Part shown: in pieces, positions 55,019 through 64,000 of the stretch
How positions within the stretch are numbered: position 1 is the stretch's first letter
Layout of the letters: every line of letters starts with the position of its first letter
Assembly: GCA_025594325.1 (NCBI GenBank)
Contig: JANHCV010000001.1
Span: 3,348,001 to 3,412,000 of the forward strand
Reading direction: 5' to 3'
From: Blastocladiella emersonii ATCC 22665
Taxonomy: Eukaryota > Fungi > Blastocladiomycota
Length of the DNA stretch: 64,000 bases
Notes under the pieces: model-generated
Database searches by the model: none
The model's input: only the letters and a program-made list of their open reading frames with translations
What the model was told of the DNA's origin: nothing
Made by a program: the position numbers and the translations under genes

Positions 55019-56414
55019 TCAAGTCCAGGGAGCACGCCTCGAAACGTGCGCGGGATCATGACCCACGGCGCCCGAGTTGAGCCAAGGGAACTGGTTGAGC
55101 AGCGCGAGCGCCTCCTGGATCCGCGCCCCCGACATGGCTGCGATCGCGACGTCCAGCGTGGCCGCGTCCATGGCCGGCGTACATGTCTCGACCGCAGCCG
55201 CTGCGTCGAGAGGCTGGACTGCGGCGGCGAGCTGGCTCGCAACGAACTTCATCCAGTCGCGGAACCCGGCAAAGTCGAGGCCCGCGAGCGACCGCAGCAT
55301 CAGCTGGCACTGGTCGTCCCACTCGGCCGCCGTCATGCCCTCGCGCAGGTGGTCGATGGACGCCTCGATCCGACCGAGCTCAGCGAGCAGCGCGTGCGCG
55401 GCAAAGTCGATGTTGAACGCGTTGATCCAGTTGTGGTTGATGCTGATCGTGTCCTCCTACCGCCCTCGCGCTGTGAGCTATCGAGGCATGAACGAGACAG
55501 CGGAAAACATACCAGGTTGTAAACTTCGTGATACCACCCCGAAGGAACGTACAGCGTCTCGCCGGGCTCCTGGACGCACTCGATGCGCACGGCCTTGTCA
55601 AAGTGTGGGAACCGCTCCGGGTCGGCTTGCGAGCTCAGGTAGACGAGGTCGCCAAACTTGTCGGTAAACAGGTCCTCCTGGCCGGGATAGAACAGCACCC
55701 ACCGCTTGCGCCCGCACACGTTCGAGCTCCAGCTATAGCTTTTGAGCACGTCGGCGTGGAACGGCGTCCAGGTGCCCTTACAGCCCATATAGACTACATC
55801 GTGTTGGCGTCGTCAGTCGCGATCCGCGTTCCTGCGCGCGCGGGGAGGGCGTACCAAAACGGTAGTCGTCGTCGCCTCGCGCGTCGTACCACGCGTTGAG
55901 CCACTGAACGTCGGGCACGACCAAGTCAGATCGTGCACACGAACTTCGAGCTGACTTCAAGTACATCGTCGCGGAAGCCGTCGAACAGTGTGTACGCCTT
56001 GTACTCGGGAAAGTCGCGCGCGAGGTGCCAATCCTTGCAGTACCCGACCCACTCCGGAGCCTCACCGCGCTCTCGGCGCCCAATCTCCTCCTTCCACTGA
56101 TCGACAAACTCGGCGAACGGCATACGCGACTTGCGCTGGTCCGAGAACCACCGCTCGCCACAGTCGGCGACGTCGACCGCGGCCTGGCCGAACGCGGACC
56201 GCAAGAAGTCGAGGTTCGGGCGGCCAGTCGCCGGATCGACCCACTCGCGGCGCGCCCGCCACTCAGATGTCGCGCTCGGGCCGATCAGCACGGGTAGGTT
56301 CGGCAGCATGAACTCGCGCACAAACTCGGCCCGCGTGAGCGAGTTGCGGCGCGGGACGGGCGTCCCTGGCGGCATTCGGGCAAGGTAGTAGTCGAGGCTC
56401 GTGATTCGTTCCAT
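55019..56414 (-). CDS. JMJD4: JmjC 2-oxoglutarate oxygenase, JMJD4-like (eRF1 lysyl hydroxylase); about 3 introns
   Basis: FMLPNLPVLIG, YCKDWHL, DWLNAWY, DDYRF|VYMGCKGTWTPFHADV, SYSWSSNVCGRKRW, GETLYVPSGWYHEVYN, TISINHNWIN. Confidence 0.88.
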
Positions 56415-56607
56415 CAGTTTGTCATATTGTGCATGGTAGAGGGAGAGAGAGCGGGTTCGACGAATCGGTGCGAGTTTGAGCGGCCTTTCGCGCTCCACTC
56501 TCCTCTCGTGCTGCGCCACCACGCACCATGTATCAACACGTCACATGCAAACCCATGTACTCTATGCAAATGCGTCTTCGCATCACCATGAATCACCTGC
56601 CGCCTAC

Positions 56608-58929
56608 CTAGTCCTTGGAAGAATGCGCCATCGAGTACCCGCGCTTGATCAGGTCGAGCATCTCGGCCTGCTCGAGCAGGACCTTGAGCGACGGCCGCTT
56701 TGGTGCTTCGGCTACACAGGCACCCGAATGTTAGCGTCCATGACACGGTACTGTGTGCAAAGCGAACGTCGTACGTGGCGTGTCCGTTGTGGTGAGCTGC
56801 GTCTTCATGTCCTGCTCGTACCGCTCGAACGCCCTCGCGTACTGCATCTTCTGCTTGTGGAACGCCTTGCGCTTCGCGACCAGGACATCCGTGAGGAGCT
56901 TGGTGCGGATTGCCCTACGCGAGTGCGGTGTCAGCTGTAGAATGCTAGTACCGGATCGCGGGCACGCACATTGGGATCGGAACAAAGTCGTTTCGGTCAT
57001 CCTTGAGCAGTTCCTCGCGTTTCTTCTTGACCGGCCTAGCGGATTGTCGATGTTAGCAGCTGCTCGATCGAAGAGTAGCAAGACAACGTACTTCTTCCCC
57101 TTGGCGGGCTTGAGGTTCTCGGTGCTGCCGGCGGGCGTCGCCTTCTGCGCGCCGTAGTACTCGGGCTCGAACTTTTCCCATTGGAGATGCAGGAGCTGCA
57201 GCTGCGCAGCGCGGACGGCGAGGAACCTGCGCACGATCCGCTGCGCGGTGATGACGGCGAACCGGAACTTCTTGATGATCTTGAGCAGCTTGCCGACGTC
57301 GTGGATCTCCTTGAGGAAGTCGCGGATCGTGTTGGCGGCGGCCTGGCGGCGCTGCTCGCGCAGCTTGGCGACAAAGACGCGCGCGGCGCGCCCGAGCACG
57401 CGCATCGCCCACCGCCGGCGCCGCTCGTACATGACGCGCTTGTACTCGCGCCACGCGCGCTGGATCGTCCGCGCGGCGGCCGACTTGCGCTTGAACAGCA
57501 GGAACGCGACGTGGTTCTCGTGCACCGCGTTGTGGATCACGAACATGCGCGACGCCAGCGAGCCCAGGATCAGCCACTTGTACTGCAGCTGGTACAGCTT
57601 CGGGTTGGCCGGCTTCGTCTTGAGCTACACACGAGAGTCGCGGGTGAGGCAAGAGGGGTGACGGATTCGCGGGGCGCGGACAGTACCTGTTTCTGCGACT
57701 TCTCGATGAGCTTCTGGCGGTGCCGCTGGCGCTCCTCGAACTGGCGCTTGGACTCGATGCTGACCATGCGGCGGTGCTCTTCGTGTTCTCTCCGCTACGA
57801 GCGTGGCTCAGGTCAGCGACCCCGTGCAGCGAGGTGAAGGGAGTACGGACCTCGATCTCGCGCTGTTCGGCGCGTATCCTTGGGTCGAACAGGGACACGC
57901 TCTGCATGTTGTTCTGCAGCGCGTTGATCTGGCGGTTGTACTTTTTCGCCGCCTTGTATGCCGCTACACGGAGCGCGCTCTCAAGTCAGCAATCGCAGCG
58001 AACAGCACACTGCGAAGCACCGTACCGACGCGAGCGCAAAACACCTCCCACTGGCTCGGGTTGTTCTTGAGCATCTGGATCTTCTCCTCCATCTCGGCCG
58101 CGATGGTCCGGATCGACTTGCGTCCAGCGGGCCCGCGGTTGTCGCGCGACTGGTAGCCCGTCATGCCCGCCATTCCGCTCGGCATGCCCGACGGTAGACC
58201 AGGAATGTTTGAGCTGGGCCCGCTGCGCTTCTCGGCACGCCGCTCGCGGTCCGCACGGTCCTGCCCGCCGCCACCGCCCCCACCTCCGCCGCCGCGCTCG
58301 TTTCCGCCGCCGCGGCCCGACGACCCGCCGCCCCCGCCGCCGCCGCTGTTGGTCCCGAGCACGTCCGCCATGTACCCCGTCGCGCTATTCCGTGACGGGT
58401 CGCCGCCGGTGCGCGCGGCCTCGACCATGCGCTGCAGCTCGAGCAGCTCGCGCATCACGAGCTCGCGCGCGTCGACGTCGAGCACCGCGATCACCTCGGT
58501 CCCGTGCACCGCGGCCAGCGCGTTGGCGACGTTGGCGCCCGTGGCGCCCGCGATCCCGTGGTTCTGCAGGTACGTGTTGATCTGGCGCATCACCGTCGAC
58601 ATGCGCGCGTTCTCGTCGACGGTTTGCCGCGCAAGACCCGTCGACGCGAGCGGCGTCGGCGCGGGCAGGTGCGTGGCGCCGCCGCCGCTGGGCCGTGACA
58701 TGGCGCTCGCGGACGGGTGTCGGCGCAGCTTAGCGGCTTTGCTGCCCAGCGCGGCAGAAGCCATGGCTGCGCTGACCACGGTGCTCAGCTGGTTCCCCGC
58801 GCTCGTCGCGGCGGTGCCGTGGCCTGACGTCGTCGCGGCCCAGCTCGCGGGCGTGGTGGACCGGCTCGTCAGCGGCGGCAGGTGAATGGTCCCCGCGGGC
58901 GACGGGTCCATGGACGTAGACTGCATCAT
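56608..58929 (-). CDS. IQ-motif coiled-coil protein, possibly flagellar; multi-exon
   Basis: AARTIQRAWREYK, AANTIRDFLKE, AVITAQRIVRRFL; several short GT-AG introns link coherent exons. Ends MLDLIKRGYSMAHSSKD*. Confidence 0.65.
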
Positions 58930-59285
58930 GGTTTCGTCGCGCCGTTGCTGCTGCTGGTGATCATGGGATGCATTCATGCATGGGTGGATCGGCGAGCTGG
59001 GGCCGCCGACGCGTTCGGGACTTCGGAAGCAAGACGGAAGGGGAGAGGCGAAAGAGCCGCGCCACGTGCACCGAAGCGTCTCCCCTCGGAGCGGGCGGCG
59101 GCGCGAGACGCGTTGCGCCACGCTCCACGTGAGGTTGGAAGGGCGATAGAAGTGGCAGGCGACCCCGCCGATCGCGTTCTCTATGACGTGTGACGCGACC
59201 TCGACGGCGACCTCCTCTCGCCAGCAGCTCTATGCTTCGCATGTATCGGGCCCGCCCATCCACTTAACTCTTTGCAATCGTCACC

Positions 59286-60505
59286 ATGGTCAAGCAGGTC
59301 TCGTCCGCACAGGAGTTTGCCCAGCTCATCAACGGTCCCGGCGTGGTGCGACACCCCATACTGCCGATCCGTCCAGTGTGGGCGAGTATTGATCGCATAA
59401 CGACGGGGTAGACGGTCGTCGACTACTTTGCCACGTGGTGCGGCCCGTGCAAGATGATCGGTGCGTAGCGGATACCCGCAAAGTTGGCGAGCGACGCGCT
59501 GAACGCGCGACTGCCCGCGTAGCTCCCTTCTTCGCGACGCTCGAGACCAAGTACAAGGCGGCGACGTTCATCAAGGTCGACGTGGACCAGCTCCAGGACG
59601 TGGCGCGCGCCAACGGCATCTCGGGTACGCTCCGTGGACGCGTCGAGGCCCCGACTGGACCACTTACCTCGCGAACCTTGCCTTGTAGCCATGCCCACGT
59701 TCCAGCTGTTCCGCGCCGGCAAGAAGATTGCCGAGATGCGCGGCGCCAACCCGCAGCAGCTCGAGCTGACCATCAAGCAGCACGCGCAGGCCGACGAGGC
59801 CGCGGCCCAGGCCAACAAGCCCTCGTACATCCCCAACGGCTACGCCGACATTACCGGCGCCGTGGACCAGGCCACGGTCGACTGGTACGTTTTTTTTCGG
59901 AGACCGAGACATCGCGCGATGGCTCACGCGCGGTTGTGATCCGCATTCGAAGCCTCAACCAGAATGAAGACGGCATGGTCAAGGGCCTCTTCAAGGGCGG
60001 CAAGCCGCTCGAGTCGGATGTCGACGAGCAGCTCATGATTACGGTCGGCTTCCAGCAGGTCGTCAAGATCCACTCGATCAAGTTCGAGGCCGTCGATGAT
60101 GGTACGCTTTGGGCTCTGATCGTGCGCCACCGCAATGTCTCTGACGGACTCGTGTAGACACGGCGCCCAAGACGGTCAAGCTGTTCGCCAACCGCGTCGG
60201 CATGGGCTTCGATGGCGTGGACTCGGTGGAGCCGACGCAGGTGATCGAGCTCACGGCCGAGGACTTCAAGGCCGACAAGGCCACGGCGCTGCGGTTCGTC
60301 AAGTTCCAGGCCGTGACCAGTCTCGCGGTACGTCCATCGGCTCGGGTTGCTCCAAAACGCCTGACTTGCGCGCGCGCGCTCCGACGAGTAGATCTTCATT
60401 GAGGACAACCAGGGCGGCGACGACTTGACCAAGCTCAAGTCCATTAAGTTTGTCGGGGCGACGGCCGAGACGACGAACATGAACGACTTCAAGAAGATCG
60501 AGTAG
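59286..60505 (+). CDS. TXNL1: Thioredoxin-like protein 1 (thioredoxin + PITH domain); about 7 introns
   Basis: VVDYFATWCGPCKMI, FIKVDVDQL, PTFQLF; PITH: LESDVDEQLMITVGFQQVVKIHSIKF, APKTVKLFAN, LRFVKFQAVTSL, IFIEDNQGG. Confidence 0.9.
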
Positions 60506-60631
60506 GGCGCGATCGAGGCACGACACGCGCGGTTCTTGATATACAAACGATGTTTCTCAATCCGCACTGGTAAATACACACAATGAGAACAAAAACTACC
60601 GCTCTCAACGGAGCGGACCCGGTGGAAACAA

Positions 60632-61567
60632 TCAGCCCTTTGTGGCCTGCGACACGGCGCCGCCGCGCAGGTCGCCGAGGCTCGAGTGGTCGTGCTTGGC
60701 GACCTGCTCCTCGAGGCGCAGGTGGTCGTCGAGGTACTTGAGCGGGCTGCGGCTGCGCGCACGGGCCGCGCGCGGGACCGACAGCGACCGGGAAAATTGT
60801 GAAGCACGGGCTGCGGCAGCGGAAGAAAGCCGGTGCGGGTGCGGGAACGGGTCCTGCAGGATAAATGCTTCGTCGGCCGGCAGCGTCGCCGACACGGGCA
60901 GGTCGAGGTGCAGGTCGTGGTACGCACGCTGCGCCGGCGTCAGGTCCGCGGGCTTGGTCGGCGTCGCCGTAGCGGCCGCCGCGTGTGCGACCGTCTCGCG
61001 GAACGTGCGCGTGTGGTGGTGGTCCGCGGGCGCGACGGGTGCCGCTGGGTCGAGCGGCGGCGGCGTGACCATGGTCGCGGGCGCCGACGGGTGCGAGGCG
61101 AGCGTCGGCGGGCGCATGGGCTGGGTCAGGGCGGCGGCGCCGTGCGGCATCAGCAGCATGTCGCCGACGGCGTGCGTGACCTCGCGCGCGAAACCGACGA
61201 GGCCGTCCGAGGCGACCGACGGCGCGTGGTGGTGGACCGGGCGGCCGAGAGCGTCGACGCGCGGCGGGGCCGGGCTCAGGTGCTTGCGCTCGGGCAGGCG
61301 GCCGCGCGGGTCGTCGTCGGCGTACCGGCGCAGCGGCGACACGCTGCGCGGGCGGTCGCGGTCGTGCGCGTCGCCGGGCTTGAGCGAGATGCCCGGGATC
61401 GCGAGCAGGTGCGGCGCAGTGCTGCCCAGCGTCCACTGCGGCGGCGCCAGGAGCTGCTCGGTCGGCGTCAGCAGCGGCGAGCGCTGGAGGGCCGGGATGG
61501 CGCCGGTGGTGGCGGCGGTGCCGTAGAGCTGGCGGCCGCGGGGCTCGGCGCTGTTGCTGCGATCCAT
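60632..61567 (-). CDS. Hypothetical Pro/Ala/His-rich protein (311 aa)
   Basis: Single ORF with an ACCCCATG start context and C/G-ending codon bias like its neighbours; no family recognised. Confidence 0.55.
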   Translation of the reverse strand: MDRSNSAEPRGRQLYGTAATTGAIPALQRSPLLTPTEQLLAPPQWTLGSTAPHLLAIPGISLKPGDAHDRDRPRSVSPLRRYADDDPRGRLPERKHLSPAPPRVDALGRPVHHHAPSVASDGLVGFAREVTHAVGDMLLMPHGAAALTQPMRPPTLASHPSAPATMVTPPPLDPAAPVAPADHHHTRTFRETVAHAAAATATPTKPADLTPAQRAYHDLHLDLPVSATLPADEAFILQDPFPHPHRLSSAAAARASQFSRSLSVPRAARARSRSPLKYLDDHLRLEEQVAKHDHSSLGDLRGGAVSQATKG

Positions 61568-61806
61568 GGGGTGGTGATTCTTCGGGGGTCGCAGAGAAGT
61601 GCGCTGCGAGAGCGGGAGCGGACCGGGCGAAAACGCGTTCCTGTTCGGGTGGCGGCACGCGTGCTCGCGTCACGGGAGGATCGGCGCGCGCTGCCGCCAG
61701 CTGCGTCACCTCCGCTCCTCCGTCTCCCCTCCCCCAAGCGAGGGTTCTGTCCTGCTTAAACGAAACGTAACTCGACGCAACACACGAATCAACAACTGAA
61801 CCGACC

Positions 61807-64000
61807 ATGGGCAAGGCTGCCCAGATCGTCCTGCCCACGCTGGCCGTGCTCGGCGCCGGCGCGCTGCTCGGGTCCGCGCTCCGGCACCGCTCGCGCCGCA
61901 CCACCGAAAACCTGTTTATCCGCGGTGGCCTGCGGCGTATGCTGTGCACTCCTATGGCGGAACGGATCGAGCCTGACGCTGCACACGCCGCGTCTAGCCG
62001 AGGAGCTCAAAACTCTCGCCAAGTACATTCACTCGCCCGACCGCCGGATCCGCGCAAAGTACGCGATCGTCGCTTGGATATCCGAGCGTCGCCAGCTGAC
62101 ATGTCGCGCTACTGCCTTCTAGGGCCCTCGAGCTCGCAACCAACTTTGCCTTCAACGAGTCGTACATGACGCATCTGATGGAGCTCGTTACTGGCGACTC
62201 TGGCTCGCCCGCCGAGCGCCGCATGGCCATCTCCATCATCGAGGCACTCGCCCGTCAGGGTACGCTCTTGTGCTACACGGAGCAACCTCGCGAGGCTAAC
62301 CCCTGCCCTGCGACGCGCTTGTAGAGTCCAACCGGCAACGCCTCATGAGCGCCGACGTCATGGAGGCCCTATGCGGCGTCTTCGTATCCGCGCGATCCTC
62401 GTTTCTCCGCGAGACGGCCGCGCGGACGCTTTTTCATCTCGTGCGCGACGAGAGTACGTTGATTCGTAGCTCACGCGCCCTGTACGCGGTCTCACCACTT
62501 TGCTGCACGCGTAGACGAGCGCCGCATGCTCCTCGCCGCCTACGGGACGCTGCCGACCATCCTGCAGATCCTGTCCAACCAGACCGAGCACTCGCACCAG
62601 CTCGTCTCGCCCTGCATCCACCTGCTCCACCAAATGTCGCAGTGTTGTACGCGTCGCTGCACCGTCGATCGCGCCGAACGCGTCTCACGTTTGCCTCGCC
62701 CGCACTCTGTGTAGCTCCATTGCGCGATACCCTCGTCGAGAACGATACCCATCTCGTAACCTGCCAGTTCTGGCGCGCCAACTCGGTCTACCGCCGCTTC
62801 GAGACCCTCGCCTCGTACATCTTGCAGAACATTCTCGACCTCTCCACCGACGCCCAGGCCAAGCAGATCCTCCTCGAGGTCACCCCCTTCGGCATCCCCT
62901 CGCTCGCGTGCGCGCTCCTGCGCGGCAGCGTCGGCCATGAGCGCGCGCTCAAGCTCATCTACCACATGGCCAAGCACCGTACGTTTATTGCCTTTCGGGA
63001 TGCCGGCTCCGCACTGACCCGCTTCTCCTCCGTAGACGTCTTTGTGGACGAGCTAGTCAAGCGCTCGTACATTGCCAACACCATCGTCGGCCTCATCCCC
63101 AAGGACAGCTACGTCAACGCGCACATGGCGCTCGTTTGCCTTCACGTTCTCAGCGAGGCTTCTGGTACGGTTTTCATCTCGATTCGCGAGCAATCCTGGA
63201 TCCATCTCACACGTTCGGTACTCCGTGTAGAGGAGGTCGCCCGCGAGCTCGTCGACACCGACATCATCAAGTCGCTGCAGACGTGCATCGGTTATGGCAG
63301 CCTGACGCTCAAGGTCTCGGGCATCAAGGTGCTCCGCCAGCTGCTAATCCACGGCCTCCCCGTCGCGCAGGTCGAGGCGAGCACCATCATGCCACACGTG
63401 TACAAGCTCGTCGTCACCGAGGAGCCCGCCGCCAAGTTGCTGTGGACGCTCGTCGAGCTCGACGAGGAGCGCCGCGCGATCCAGTTCGCCGCCATGGCCA
63501 AGACGGGCAAGGCGCCCGCGACCGGCCTCATGAGCGACGACAAGGTGCTCGACGCGTCCATCAAGATGATCAACGCCACCGAGTCGGCCATCGCGGGCAT
63601 CGGTTTCGACATCATCAAGTGCGCGCTCGTCCGCCACCCGGCCAGCGTCAAGCTGCTCGTCGAGCGCGGTCTCTTCGACTCGCTGCGCAAGTGCATCCTG
63701 CAGAACCCGAGCTTCGAAACGGTCCGCCTGGCCGCCACCGCGGTGCGCGCGCTGCTCAAGCTCGACCTCGTCACCCTCGAGACGGTCCACACGTCAATTG
63801 CGCAGGTGCTGCTGCACAACCTCCAGATCCGCATCCCCGAGGCCCGCGACCTGCTGCAGAAGCTACACGCCCAGCAGGCCGACGGCGGCGCCAACGCGGT
63901 CCAGCTGCTCTCGTTCGTCGAGTCGCACAAGAAACTGCGCGCGCTCCTGTTCACGCTCGAGGTGTGCATCGAGCACCCCGACCTCTACGCGCTCCTCGCC
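61807..64000 (+). CDS. Armadillo/HEAT-repeat protein with an N-terminal hydrophobic anchor; multi-exon, 3' partial
   Basis: MGKAAQIVLPTLAVLGAGALLGSALRHR; helical repeats (ETAARTLFHL, LPTILQIL, SGIKVLRQL, LAATAVRALL); many short introns; the frame is open at the window end. Confidence 0.65.

Noticed and set aside
59286-60505. Possible selenocysteine or readthrough in the thioredoxin
   Set aside because: The active site is an ordinary TGC-encoded WCGPC; apparent stops fall in introns.
1-64000. Transposons, rRNA, tRNA or horizontally acquired islands
   Set aside because: No transposase/RT/integrase motifs, TIR/LTR pairs, cloverleafs or composition shifts were seen by eye.

Overview
Gene-dense, very GC-rich eukaryotic DNA with about 28 protein-coding genes. 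Introns are mostly short (about 55-90 nt) GT-AG introns with GTACG/GTGCG/GTATG donors and CTGAC/CTAAC branch points. Fungal-type genes (Nam9, Cbf1, Hac1, Osh1, Slx9) sit beside likely flagellar genes (PG-repeat STPG/ODF3-like, IQ protein). That mix suggests a zoosporic fungus, possibly Blastocladiomycota; this is inference, not a confirmed identification. No transposon, CRISPR array, rRNA or tRNA was seen, and most long ORFs in the track are high-GC shadow frames. Main hidden structures: (1) a HAC1/XBP1-like bZIP with a predicted 62-nt IRE1-type non-spliceosomal intron (32111-32172), with two CAG|CAGC stem-loops, an intron hairpin and a dual-coded C-terminus; (2) a sense-strand GCAACG[T/C/A]A[T/A][C/T] element upstream of ten start codons, exactly 6 nt before the ATG in four; (3) a U18-like C/D snoRNA in an RPS13 intron, plus a second long structured intron; (4) an E-box cluster upstream of a Cbf1-like bHLH; (5) orphan secreted or GPI proteins, a 4E-T-like protein and an atypical kinase. 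All exon models were derived by eye.
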